Shown: positions 9,988 through 23,730 of the stretch, piece after piece | Position numbering within the stretch: the first letter of the stretch is position 1 | How the letters are laid out: every line of letters begins with the position of its first letter | From: Epiperipatus broadwayi | Taxonomy: Eukaryota > Animalia > Onychophora | DNA: 64,000 nt | Assembly (NCBI GenBank): GCA_028023455.1 | Contig: JAQFVV010000001.1 | Span: 29,760,001 to 29,824,000 of the forward strand | Reading direction: 5' to 3' | Program-made: the position numbers and the translations under genes | Notes under the pieces: model-generated | Told to the model about the DNA's origin: nothing | What the model saw: only the letters and a program-made list of their open reading frames with translations | Database searches by the model: none

Positions 9988-12859
9988 AATCCAAGATAAA
10001 AATGATTTAAAAACTTTAGTAATTTGTAATGTGTTAGAATTTGTAATGATATCATAAAAATGCAAAAAGAAGAGAGCACAGATTGATGTTGCAGCCTGCA
10101 GCCACATATTTAACTTGACTTGTAAGTGCAATATGAAAAAAAAAAAAAATCATATAAAAATTTCATAGTTTTTGAGATACTTCTGTTGATTTGCAATATA
10201 AAAATGCATCAAAATTGTTTTCATTTGCAGGGAAATATTACATAAATACATAAGCCATAGGAACAGCATTAGCATTTATGAACAATTTTTAGAATTTCAT
10301 TTTAAATAGATTTCTCCTGTGATAAATTGTTTTAAAATGGCTCAGAAATTTTAATATACGGGTATGGTATAAATGAAATTTAATTAACTTATCTGTTTCC
10401 AGAAAAACATAACAAACAGAGTATACACATAAACTTAATGTGAGATAAGCTACTGCTTACTAAAATTTTTTGATGGTAAATGGAGGTAACATTTTATTAT
10501 ACACATATATTTTAAATTAATTAAATTTTGTTTCAACCTTGTATTCAATTTGGCACTTGTAAGTAGAACATAAAAAAATATCAAGTTAAATTTCATAATA
10601 AAAAGTTACACTTTTTGCGATACTGCTGTTAATAACTCAGGGATTATTATTTACTATATAAAAATGTGTTGAAATTGTAACCATTTTCAAAAAAAAGCTG
10701 CAAGAACAGAATTATCATTTACCATCAGTTAAACTACTGATCTTGATCAACTTTTAGGATTTATTTTAAAAAGATTTGTCACATAATAAACAGTTTTAAA
10801 ATAGCTCAGAAATTTTAACATGTGAGTATGATATAAATGAAATTAAAAATGATCTATTCAAATTAAACACATTTTATTTGACATGCAACAGTATTTACAA
10901 ATATGCATTATAATAATCATTTTAATTGCTGTTAATAACTCATATATTATTATTTCATGTAAATATTAAATATATTTTAATAATCAACTATATTATATTC
11001 TTTTAAGATTTGCAATCAACAAGCAGATTAAATAATAGAGCAATAAAACAATCTATTATGTCTATCTATTATATATATAAATTTGAAAATTGGTCTGTTA
11101 TTTAAAATACTGCACCAACTTTGATGAATTTTGCATGATTTTCTTTCTTTTTTTTTAGATTTTTGCTTTATGGTATTTAATTGTTTTTAAAAAAAATTGT
11201 TAATTTTCTACTAATGCAAACAAAGTCATGAGAATAGTTAGTATGAGATAAAGCATTTTTTAAAACAACAAAAGTTTTGTCCCCCAAATCTTGTCTAAAT
11301 ACATACTATTTAATTTTTGTTCATTTCTATATATTTGTATTTACTTCTCTTCTGGCACACTTTAAAAAAAAATTACTTCTTTCTCAAAAATATTTACTAT
11401 CTTACTAATTCCATGTTATATTAATCCAATTTCTACCTCTCTTTAATAATCCTGTTTTCATATTTTTCCAGTTCTGAAAGTATATTATATATTTTTCTAA
11501 AACATCAAACTTTATCTTGACCAAAAAAAAAAAATATATATTTTTTTAAAAATGCAACTAAAAAGCATGTGAAATTGTTAAGTTATTATTGATTTTCAAA
11601 AAATAAAATATAATTAGAATACAATGGAGTTTTTATTTTTATATCACAATAATTTTTATAGATTTCTTCAACTGTCAATTCTGACAATATTTTACTTTAG
11701 AATTGTATTCCTTTTAAGAGAGACTTTATCTTAAATTATTATTTCTCTTTCATTTATTTTTAATCAAATTTTACATACTGTTTAATTTTAAACTTTAAAT
11801 TTTCCAATATATAATTTTTGTTTTTTGAAAATTTTTGTATTAAAATTTAACTTATCTGTAGTTTTAAAAATTCAATTGGAATAATTTTTTTTTTTAATTT
11901 CAATATTGACAAGATATTAAATAATATTTAAAATTAAAAAAATAGCAAGATAAAAAATAAATAAATTGAGATTGCAAATGAAATTAAAACTAAAACATGA
12001 CTTTATAGTTTATTTTATTTTTTAAAAAGTAGAAATATTTAAAAAAAGTCAATATATAAAAATAAAAAAATCTAATCAGATGAATGTACATTTTTCTATT
12101 ATAAATAATAAAGAGCAAAGGCAGTTAGTAACAGCACTCAATTTATAATCATTAAAGTATGGTCATTGAACTAGTTTGTATATATCTAATCAAAATGACT
12201 TGAATTCAAAACGTTATGATGTTAAAATGTTTTAAGACAATAGCCGGACAAGCATATATATAAAATAAGAGATTTAAAATGAATACAACATTGTAGACCA
12301 CATCCAAAATTTAAGAAAAGTAACATTAGAATTATTGATAATGAAAAGATACTTGACTCTATATGCATTTTATGGTTATATTGTCAATTACTGAAAGATA
12401 TTTATCAAAATGTAAAAGGTGTAATTAGATGATTCTACATAAAGTCAATGGGAGATCCCAGCAGTATGATTCCACTTCTCTATTTTATAGCAGTTTTATA
12501 ACACCTATTTTTAAATTAAAATGAAAAGCGAAAGAAATAAAGATAAATGTAGATTATATAAATCACAGAGATTTATAATTGAAGTGATTACTCACACAAA
12601 TAATATTTTCATAATTGCAGAAAATATTGAAAAAGCTATCACACAAAAGTGGAATTAAAGATAAATACAAAAGAAATATTTAATGACTTAGGAAAAAAAA
12701 CCTGAGTAATAATAAATTACAAGAAGCTACCAAATATAAATATCTTAATTAAATAAAACATACGGAAATATATTGGGCAAAAATAATTATAGAAACAAAT
12801 TTGGTATAAGAGCTTTTGATAGACATCATCATTTTCAACCATTATTAATCCACTGCGGA

Positions 12860-13900
12860 AAATGCCAGCCAAAAGATCAAGGCAAGACTCTGCTCGAAGT
12901 TATTTCTTCTTTTTATACCCACGACCAGTTTTGATATTTCTCTGTGCATATATTTTTTTTATCTTTTGTTTTGTTATCAGAGGCAAGATTTCTATTTTTT
13001 TTTGTCCACTAGAGAGAGCCTGGGATTCCAGTTTTTGCTGTTTCAGGCTCCCTGTTCTATTCAGCAAAGTCATAGTCCATTGTTGGATTCATAAACAAAA
13101 AGGTTACCAAAATGTAAGTGAATGTCTGCTTTATTATTTTTCCATCTTTAGAAGAAATTTTGAAACAGTTTTCATTCAATGATAATTGAAATTATCCATC
13201 GTTCCGTTTTATGTAAATGGATGCCATTAGAAAGAGACAAAAGCTACCTTAAATAATTCTTGGAATCATTAAAATATATAAACCTTTTAAAAATAATTTT
13301 AAATGAAACCAAATATTTCTAAAAAGAATAGACACTAGAAATCCTAATTTTATTAATAGAATAAACAGGAAATTCATTTGCACATCAAATCTCATAGAAA
13401 ACACGGAATATAATATGTTAGCAATGATGGTTTTAAGAATTTTATCTTTGCATGAGATTTTAGCAGTGTTAAACAAGTTTCAATTATTAATTTGATCTCA
13501 ATTTTGGAAGTGAACATTATAGAAAATAACCTAAGCTATCGCCCTGCTCAAAAATCAGATTTCTCCGATGATCAGGACAGAAGTTATCACTCCCCTTCCG
13601 GTGGATTGCCCCCCCCCCCCCTAAAAAAAATCAATAAATAAAAATTTTTCAAATCAACACAGAACTACAATGAAGTGATTCCTGAGCTAAAAAATAATGA
13701 TCTAAAGACAAAAATGAGTACAAATGATGTTTTAGACCTAAACAGAAACTTTGAAGCTACAAATTAATCATACTTTTCAAGCAATAATTATTGAGAATTT
13801 TCCAAAGTTTAACAACAAACTTTCAGATTATACTTGTATCATTCGTTACTAACCAAAACCTAAAATTCAATCAAAAAAAGCAGATCCCAACTAGTATCAA
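12860..13900 (+). mobile_element. Highly decayed DNA transposon remnant, possibly hAT
   Basis: Only faint motif resemblance (FQSLTTNFQIILVSFVT near 13800, like the hAT dimerisation region). Many stops. Confidence 0.25.
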
Positions 13901-14950
13901 CAAAGAAAAATCATTGTGAACCCTGAAGGACTTTGGTTGGTGGGTTTGGCAGCTGCTGTGAACATTTGCAGACACAGGAGTCTGATGATGATCAAGGGCA
14001 GATGTTCAGCTCCATTGACCTCAGTGTGCAAGATGATATGGACACATTATTTATTCCCATGGTGTGCATGTAAATCCAGCTTGATTTCAAGACTACATGA
14101 ATTAAATGTTGTATTGGTGGGTGTGAGTTGCACTCCTTTTCCTCAAGTGTGGTGATAGTGGTTATAAGGGGTTTGGTTCATTTGGAGGGATGGTCGACGA
14201 TCATTGTCTAGCCCGGGAAAACCTGCTGGGAGGGTGAAAGCCACTACCTTCATATGGACTTTGCCACGAAGGGCTACTGCACCCCTTGATGGATTATTTG
14301 ATAGGTCAGTGTTCATTTGCACTCACTATCATTAGATTTCATTTGTTAGTTTTAAATTTAGTGCATTTGTAAAGCGGTTGGTCTATTTTGAGCCACCATC
14401 ATTTTTTTTTGTAACATGGATGTTCTGTTTTGTGGGCATGGGTCTGCACGCCCCCCTTTTTCTTCAGGGGTGGCTGGTTGTAGACATTAGGTATCTGGTT
14501 TATGGTGTGGGCTGTTAACAATTTTGCCACTGCCCAGAACACCTGCTGGGGGGCTACACAGTCAAAGTTGGTGCTATTCCTGCTCTGGCTGACTGCTGTG
14601 TCTCAGGCTGGTTTTGGGCAGTGTCGATCTGGTTCTTTACTTATTACTTCTTAGTTTTACCCAAGTTGGCTTTCCAAATCTGGGCAGGTAGATCGATTGT
14701 GGTCCCTGCTCATTTGGACTGCTAATTGGGAGGCAGAGGTATTCAGAATTGTCTTGACATGGCTCGGCTATGGTTTGAGAGTCTATTGCTTGGTGAACTT
14801 GGGCCTTGGACCTCGCTGCCTGTTGTGGTGGTTGGCACAATGCTGGACTTCACTCATTCAGCTGAAGCATTTGAGTCTTCGCTTCGGGGCCCCAGGGGTG
14901 AGACCATTGGGTGGTGGTTAACTTCTTGATGGCCGGGCCATGTGGATCCA
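13900..14950. other. GC-richer block of unknown origin, probably a retroelement fragment
   Basis: Sharp compositional step relative to the flanks and short overlapping ORFs with no recognisable motif. Confidence 0.3.
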
Positions 14951-16168
14951 CATACAGATACACATTAATCACATTACAGCAATGTTTATGAATGTAATTA
15001 TTTTTGAACATATGTACATTTTATCTTGTTACATTGAATCACTGTGTAATCCTCAATGGGTAAGTGTACCCAAAATTTTTGTAGTCTTTTATTAATAAAG
15101 GTTACTTTGAGAAAAAAAAAAAGATTTCTATTTTTTTTTCTTTCTGTTTAGCTACTAAGATTTCCTTTTTTTTTTTTTTTATAAATCCCTTAGGAGCCAT
15201 ATTAAATTATTGGTAAAACTCTGATCATAATCACTTATGTTTGGAATGTCTTTCTTTTATTTATCTGGATCAATAATCTGTATGCATTTCTATTCCCTCC
15301 AATTTTAACTTTAATTAAATAGATAATATCCAACATAAATAACTTTCATTGTACATATCCAAAAAAATGAATTTCATAAAAAAAGTATTTATTGAACTAT
15401 TTCTAATTTTTTTTCAACTTTTAAATATTACTCTATGCCAACACTTGAACCATACATATAAATATACAATTCAATATGCTGGACCTTAAGTCCATTTAAA
15501 TACAAAGAAGAGGGATAGGCAGAGTATGGGCTGAATATGTAATATAAAATATAAGTATATTATACATACTTTTAAACTAAATGTAATTATAGAGTATTTG
15601 AACACAGACTTTCAAGCTCTCTTTTGTCATTCACTCCATCTTTATAATATAATAAATAAATAAATATAGTAAATAAATAAAAAGATCACTTAAATCACAT
15701 CACATTCAAATACCCAAATTACAGGCGGAGTATAAGTTTTAGTCATTGACCAAATGGGATTTTTCTTTTTCTTGATATTATTCAGTTGAAATTTTAAATT
15801 CTTAAATCCATATATTATATCAATGTGCTATATTACATAGGTCATTTCAATAGTGGATTTCATTAAATTCTTTCACTTTTAATAATAAGAACTATATACA
15901 CACATTGAAGTTTTTTACATCTTGGTATAAAAAATTTTATGCAAAATTACCTTATTCTTTTTTCTTTTTAGAGTAGGACAATTTGTCAGTCAAATTTTAT
16001 AGATTCATAAGGTCTATTTCTGTTTCTTTTAGTTTTTATAATGAAAAGCATTGTCAATTTGTAGATAATACTGCATTTATAACCTGAAAATGATTTTATG
16101 TATTATTTCAATTATTGTTACAGGTAGTATGTGTTATGTATATATACATTTTTTGGATATAAAATTAC

Positions 16169-16259
16169 CTATTTTCAGAATGATCACTCTGAATTACAAC
16201 TCCATTTATGTTTTCATTCACTTTCAGAAAAACATGACTATCCAAATTCGGTTGCAACA
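16169..16259 (-). CDS. GINS4: GINS4/SLD5 internal coding exon (91 nt, phase 1-2)
   Basis: Acceptor atttttttcag, donor gtaatt. The G|TG junction gives V, then LQPNLDSHVFLKVNENINGVVIQSDHSEN, similar to human VPKPDLDSYVFLRVRERQENILVE. Phase matches the 43164 exon across a 26,904-nt intron. Confidence 0.92.
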
Positions 16260-16330
16260 CTGAAAAAAATATTAAAAATAAAACTATTAAAATATTTATT
16301 TCATTAAGATATATTTGTATATTATTAGTC

Positions 16331-16780
16331 CAGGAGTTGGCAAACTATGGCTTGTGAGCTACATGCACTCTTTGATCCCAATCTCGTGATTCTTTTTATC
16401 ATAATAAACGTAAAGATATTTTTTATTTCCTTTTGTAATTTGTAAATAAATATTTTGATGACTTTAGAAAAAGAAAAATGCACTTTACAATGTTGTTTAT
16501 TGAATTCAGCCTTATTATAGCATAGTAATTATTTTATGATGAATGTTTAAATATTACAAATTTGTTAAAAAATCAAACTTTCAAAGTAATTTTTTGTTTT
16601 TGTTTGTTTATTTTTAAGAGAATTTTTATTTTTATTAATTTGTTCTATTAAAATAAATGTTCAAATATATATATCCACAGCCAATCTGAAATTCATATTT
16701 TTCATTCTTTCATTATTGGGGAGAGGAGGTAGATATTTAAACAAAATGACTCTTCATATTAAAAAGTTTGCCAAACCCTG
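16331..16780. mobile_element. Non-autonomous hAT element (MITE)
   Basis: TIRs caggagttggcaaact and the reverse complement of agtttgccaaaccctg. Degenerate 8-bp flanks tattagtc/cactagac (5/8 match). Confidence 0.7.
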
Positions 16781-16997
16781 CACTAGACTAACATAAAATA
16801 ATATTGTGACCATTATATAAATTAAATTACATAAAAAATAAACAAATAATTAATTGTCAAAGACATTTTAACAGTAATAATGTGTATGGTTAGCATTTTA
16901 AATGTATATTTTGGAAATAGAGCCTTTAAAAATCCTTACAGGACCAATTGCTTTTCGAAAAAGCTTTTCAAAAGAGAAAGAGAAGCTATTATTCACC

Positions 16998-19900
16998 TGT
17001 TGTGTGCTGGCTAGCTTGTAAATATTTCATTTAATGAAGTTGTAGATGTGTGTACAGGTTGATCAGTATAGGCAATGTTGAATCAATCCAAAAATAATAA
17101 ATGCAAAAAAGAAAAATTAGTTTACAGAAAAAAGCAACATACTAATTAGCATTTCAAGAGAATTTAACATTATGCAAATTAGCAATTGTATTAAATGCCT
17201 CTAGAATTTTTAATAAAGAAAAAAAAAAGAAATTAGATACTCTAAATAGAGTGAAAACTAATTATGCAGAGTAAACCAATATTAGCAGCGAAATTGAATT
17301 GCACTAAAAATCTAATCAGACTAACTCAAGATTGTATGTGAGCAGTAAGGTGCTTAATTAAATAGTAATTAAAATGACAGTTAAAATACTAGAATAAAAA
17401 AAAAACCCAGATATATGATGTATAGTTGTCTTCAGTTGTAAAGATATATGTATATATGAGTTATCTTCAGAGATATGAACTGTGATCAAGATGGTATTAT
17501 GTTCGACTAACAAATTGCCATTTGATCTACTAATATTATTGTTAATCAGAATAAAATAAACTCTTGAAATTATAAATAAACTTGGGCTGTTTGTTTATTT
17601 AAACAATTTACATATATTATCTGATTGCCATATTATAGTTGGCCCTGGATATATTATGTGGCACAGTTAGTGAGAAGAAAAGTACGCTTGTGAAACAGTA
17701 TATGATGCAGTTAAAATTGATTAACTGTAAAGATTATTACACAGTAGTCTTACAACCTGAAAGATTATCGATACATATTAGTGATTAGAATAACTCAAGA
17801 CATATATGCAGAACAATGTAACAACGACCTTCAATGTAAAAAAACTGGGCTAGTGGCAGATATACATAAATCATGTATAAAAACACATGCTCATGAATGG
17901 AATAATTGACAAGTTGAAAGTCACCATCAATTTATATGATCCAAAGTCGCTTAAAGAATTATTAATAAAATTAAATGTCAATGCTTATTTTAACCCAATA
18001 ACAGTAAAATTACATAACGCATTGTTTCTACAGTACGATGCAATCGTGCAATGAAACTGTACGTGAATACAAGTTAATACTACAGACTTAAGCAAAAGAT
18101 TGCGAATTTAGGGACTATTACATGAGTATAAATTAATACTACAGACTTTAGTAAAGAATAGCGAATTTAGGAACTATGTCGATGAAATGTTGTTGAACTA
18201 ATTATTATCAGACATCAGAGATGTGAAGTTTAGGCAGATATTATTGAGCGAGTCTACACTAAAGCATAAGGTTGCTATTGAGTGTGCTATAACCCATGAA
18301 GCCATTTTACAATACATAGAAGCCTTCAAAAATGTGACAGATTTAGATACTTCAGAATCCAGTGTAAATAGTGCCATGAAAGAATTTAATGCAGACCCAT
18401 CCTACTTCTTGTTATTGCTGTGGAAAAACAGGTCATTTTAAATCGTGTAAATTTAAAACAAAAAAATGTTTTAGCTGCAACATGACATATCATCTATCAA
18501 AGCTATGTAAAATAAATGACAAATGGGGATTTACTGGATAAAAAGTAAATCAAGGGGAGGAACATTTAAGAGGTTTACAACTAAGAAGTTGAAAAGAAGT
18601 GATGATATGCCTAATATGTTAAATGTAAAAGTCGATGGTCAAATGATAGAAATGGAGACGGACAATGGATTGGCAGATATATCATTGATATCACAAAAAA
18701 GATTGGACAATAATTCAGAAAAGAACACAAGTTAACATTGAGTATTAGCCCAATATTAGGGTGCAATATAGGGATTAAGATTAACATCGTAAAAAGAGTT
18801 AAGTTGGAAGCTGAAATTAGAAATAAATTTTCAAAACTTTTCAAAATGTAACACAGCAGGATTTAAGACAAAACCAAGACATCGAGCTACAACAAGTTGT
18901 GTACAGACAAAGAAAGGCCATGTTTGCTCTTAAGCTGAAAGTAAAAAAAAAAGCAATGAATGAATTGAAGAATAAAGTTATGCTTACAGCTATAAAAGTC
19001 CATCTGGTTTGCATCTATAGTAGCAGTACTAAAACTGGACGGAAATGTGAAAATATGAAGTTTACAATCAAATTACAGGTAATAAGAACATTAACAAAGG
19101 CACATGTCATGTATCTAACATGAAAGAAGAATTAGCATCTCTGCAAAAAAATAAACAGTTCACAAAGCTAGATTTAAAATCAGCATTTCACTGAATTCCA
19201 GCTACAAATAGAAAGGCCGAGATACTAATAATAAACATGCAAATGGGATTATTTAATTTTAATAGACTACCATACAGGATAACTATAACACCAAATATCT
19301 TCCAAGCAAAAATAGAGAATTTAATCATATTTAGATGACATACTAGTAATTGTTAAAAATGAAGCAGAATTAAGGAAAGATTATACATAGTTTGTGAGAA
19401 ATTACATAAATTTGGCACAAGATTAACTGCTGAAAAATGTATATGGTCGATGAGGGAAATCAAATTTCTAGGACATATTATTACAGAAAATGGGAAATAT
19501 CTAAACCCAGAGAGAGTCACAGCCATGAAAAATGATTAAAGACAACAAATGTTATATAATTACAAGAGTCAAGGTTTTCTTAAAGGGTAAATTACATGAG
19601 ACTACATTCCTTTAAGAGCTTCTAAAGAAAAACCAAAAACGAAAATGAGGAAAACCACAAGACCATGCTTTTTGAAAAATAAAAGAATTGATATTTTCTG
19701 AAAATTTACTAGTCCACTATAGTGAGCAACAAGAAATGACTATTACAATAGAAGCTTCTAAATTTGGAGTTGGAGCCATATTATCAGTGCTTTCTGAGAT
19801 GAACTTCCTGTTACTTATGCTTCAAGAACATTGTCTATGGCTAAGAAAAACTACTGCCAGTTAGACAAGGATGGTTTACCCATAGATTTTGCAGTGAAGA

Positions 19901-22040
19901 CGTTTCATCAATATATATATATGGGCACTCATTTAAAATGTATATTGACCACAGACCATTATTGGGAACATTTAGAAAAAGTAAGAAAACCTGGACCATG
20001 CCAATCAGCTAATGTTAAGATGGATAAACATATTAGCAACATATAACTATGAATTGTTCTATAGACCGGGAAAGCTGATAAAGCATATAGATGCTCTCTC
20101 TAAAACTCCAGACAAAAGTACATAAAAGTTGAGTGTCTGTGAAATTAATTACATGGATGTGATATAAAGTCCGAAATTTCTAACAGCAAAGCTGTAGCAG
20201 AGTGGGCTAAAAGAAATAAACAGTATAGTTATTTAAACAACCAAATAATTTAATTCCCACAAAGTCTGTCAACCTGCCATGAATGCATTCTTATGACAGA
20301 CAGTATAATGATTCCGCCTGAGGGAAGGAAAAGTGTACTACAGCTATTACACAATTACACAAAGGACACCTCTGGAATAGACAGTACGAAACAGCTTGCT
20401 CATTCATATATTTGGTAGCTAGAATTGAATAGTGATACTGAGCAGACAGAAATTGTCTAGTTTACCAACAAATAGCAAATTTATTCATTAAAATATTCCA
20501 ATTTTGGCTTGAAGCTTTGAGAAGATAGCAACAATTCCATTTAGACTATCCTGAGCCATTTCATGGATATATTTTTTAATAGTCATAGATGCGTATTCAA
20601 AGTGGATAATATACAGCCTAGTAAAAGATATAAGTATAAAAAGTATGATAAAAGTTTTAAACGAACTTTTCTCAACGCACAGATCTGTAAGCCATTGAAA
20701 CAGATAATGGCATGGGTTTCAACTTAGAAAAACTTAACTTTTTTGCTCCAAAGGGAATAAGGTATATATATTGACACCAGCTTATCAACCTCAGTCAAAT
20801 GAAACAGGGGAGAAGGCATCGGCTAGAAACTATGTTAAATAAACAGGAATATGCCGATATTTATGCAGCATTTACAACAGTGATATTTTATCAGCATTTC
20901 ACATTCAGTTCTGTTACAAAGAAAGCACCCATGGAATTATTAATGAAATGACATGAAAAAAACACACATTTATTTTAATTCCAGGCAAAGAAAAAAGGAA
21001 AGACATAGATTTTGAAAATGTTAAATTTAAAGTAAACCAAACTGTATGGATTAGATATAATTAAGAAAAAATAACTACCAGGAATGTCTGCACAAATGCA
21101 TGGAATAAAACTGGAAAACGAGTTTGATAACCATATAAAAGGGCAAACTCAAAAATTACAGGATATAATTACTGCTTCATATATGGCTAAAGGAAATGAC
21201 TGATGTTTCTGCCAGCACAGAGTTAGCAGTAGCAGATAGCTCTTCAGTTCAAAAAGCTATAGAGTTAGATGGTGAATAGAAAAAATAGAGCAGAGAAAAA
21301 AAAAAATGCATACCAAAAAAGTGACAAGAGTATTTGTTCTAAATAAAACTGCTTATTTCTAGAGTGAAGAGGAGGTATATCCCGGGCCAACTATAATATG
21401 GCAGCCAGATAATATGTAAAAAAAAAGTTTAAATAAACAAAAACAGAAGTATAATAATAATTTCAAGAGTTTATTTTATTCTAAATAACAATATTAACAG
21501 AGAGGATTAGTAGCTAAACTGGTGATTTGCTAGTTGAATACAATATTATTCTTGATCATGTAACAGTTCATATTTCTGTAAATAAGTAATAAACACATGT
21601 ATCTTTACAATTGTAGATAATTCCACATCATACATATATTTCTTTTAATTCCAGTATTGTAACTGTCATTTTAATTACTATTTAAGTAAGCACCTTACTG
21701 CTCACACCCAATCTTGAATTAGTCTAATTAGATTTTTACTGCTAATATTTTTTTTACTCTGCACATTTAGTTTTCATTCTATACTTTACTTAGAGCCTTT
21801 AACTTCCTTTTTCCTTCTTTTTATTATAAGTTCTGGAGGCATTTTATTACATTTTGCTAATTTTCAAGTTAGATTTTATTGAAATACAAATTAGCATGTT
21901 GCTTCTTGCTGTAACCTAATTTTCCTTTTCTGCATATTATTATTTCTAGAGTGAATCAACATTGCCTATACTGACCAACCTGTACACACATATACAACTT
22001 AATTAAATAAAATATTTACAAACCAGCCCATCACCAAATA
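16998..22040 (+). mobile_element. Decayed Ty3/Gypsy (Mag-like) element with INVERTED terminal repeats
   Basis: 16998-17653 is the reverse complement of 21376-22040 (about 80% identity by eye). PBS-like TGGCACAGTTAG at 17659, PPT agagtgaagaggagg at 21361-21375. Gag, protease, RT (FTKLDLKSAFH, YLDD at 19328-19339), RNase H (YASRTLS) and integrase (IHLDY, VIDAYSKW, TDNG) remnants lie in order on the + strand. CACC flanks both ends. Confidence 0.85.
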
Positions 22041-23329
22041 CACCAATCATAAGGTGGATGGTGAGAGGATTTTAGTCATGTCTGATTTTACTTCATTCTT
22101 TAACTATAGACTAAAAATTATGAGATGATTATTAAAAATAAATAAATTGTAAGCTCGTCTGAAATCTGAGAAAATTTCCAAATTCTATCTCTTTCAAAAT
22201 GAACTACAACTAATCATGTTGCTATTTAGAAGTGTTACCTTCTTCCATTTGAATCTTTTGTTTCCTAGTTTATTTTCTGTTTTTTTAAAGGCTGTACTCC
22301 CATCTAGAGAGTTTGTTATAGTTGCAGCCCCAAAAAGTTGTTCTCAGTTTTTCAAAAATGCTTTAACATTCTTTTAACTTACTTTATCTTAATCAGGCAA
22401 TCATTAAAAAACATTGGTTACTGTCTTTTGCATTTGATTGAAATGCACACACACACACACAAATTTTTTGAAAATTCATGATTAAGACTATGATGTACTT
22501 CAGTATTTATGAAATGGTTACTTTGATTTGCCACTTGACTACTTGTAATTTTTTAAAACAAATGAATGTAGGAGCCTTAAATACATTAAGTTTCAAATGG
22601 ATATAAACTTGTACTAAGATATGAGAAATCATGGAATTATGTATTAGCTTTGGTTATAAAGCAAATCATAATCTTTATTTAAATGTCATATGATAATCAT
22701 AAATTATGTGTCACTACATTCCATCCTATAAAAATTTCTATGAAATAAATATTTCATAGTACCATAATTCATTTTAAAAATATTTTAAATCTCTTTGATA
22801 TAGATAATATCACAATCATAAAAGTTGGCAATCTATGTTTTTATTTTAGTTATAAATACCTTAATTAATGAGATCTATACAAGTAAAATAAATACAACAA
22901 AACATTAATTCCTCAAGAGACGTGATGCCTATAATAAAATAATTGGTAAATAGGAAGTTCACCAGAATTTAATTGTCAGAAATATGATTCAATATTCCCT
23001 GCTTTATTGTTTCATGTTTTTTAGAATAGTTCTGAAATCTCAGAAGAAAATTTGGCTTTTAACGAATCAACACAATTAACAAAAATGCTATTGTTGATGT
23101 TTAGATGACTATAAGGATCCTCAATATGATAACATCACATGCTAATAAAAAAAATTCAATGAATAAGTACTAATAAACTGACTCAAAAATTACTTTTGCA
23201 TTTAAGAAAGATTTAATCTTGATATAAATCACACACAATTCCAAATCACACTAATCTATTATGAGTTTTTTTAAGAGACTAACAGTAAAGGGTATATAGT
23301 TTTAAGCAATTACTTTAGATATTCACGTG

Positions 23330-23730
23330 TGCTCACAGAAAAAACTATTGAGCAAGTAGCAGAATTGCTGAATTCTTTGGACATGAATCAGCAAATACAA
23401 GGGATAGGAAAAAGGGATTAAACACCAATTTTGAAGATAAAAGACCACAAAAAAATTTGGAATAAGGCCAATGCAAATAGTATATCTGTCAAGAGACGTA
23501 AATAGATCTACTTCCTGCAAAAAGAAGACTCAATAGTAATTCAGAGAAAATAGGAGTAATTCATAGAAGAGGAGTTCAATCATTCCATTCCAGCTGTATG
23601 CAAGTCAAGAAATTCAGGCATGGTAAAAATCAGTCTCCAGTTATTTATAGACTATAAGTCTTACTTAAACATCCTTATAGAATTGTACAGCACCAATGAG
23701 ATAATGCCTCCATGTTAGAAAATAAAATAG
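23330..23730 (+). mobile_element. Short decayed Gypsy-like pol fragment
   Basis: Broken frame ...LYASQEIQAW*KSVSSLFIDYKSYLN resembles the RT motif SP.V.V.K....R.CIDYR.LN. Confidence 0.3.

Larger units (their letters stand above)
7975..10008. repeat. Tandem and inverted concatemer of a 428-bp hammerhead-bearing unit (retrozyme or Penelope pLTR-like)
   Basis: Full units at about 7975-8402 and 8403-8830. An internally deleted unit at about 9018-9330, a partial unit at about 9331-9540, and an inverted ~1.1 unit at 9540-10008. Units are nearly identical. Confidence 0.9.

Noticed and set aside
7975-10008. Repeat array considered as CRISPR-like or simple satellite
   Set aside because: No repeat-spacer alternation and a eukaryotic context; the ribozyme content explains it better.
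10095-10253. Apparent + strand 27-nt exon and short terminal exon with GT-AG sites
   Set aside because: No recognisable protein and no supporting upstream exons; such motifs arise by chance.
16040-16086. Good minus-strand acceptor 83 nt after the 16169 exon
   Set aside because: Reads R-L-stop in the GINS4 frame, not the conserved SLD5 C-terminus.
18065-18180. ~60-bp tandem duplication in the old gag region
   Set aside because: Real, but ordinary post-insertion decay.
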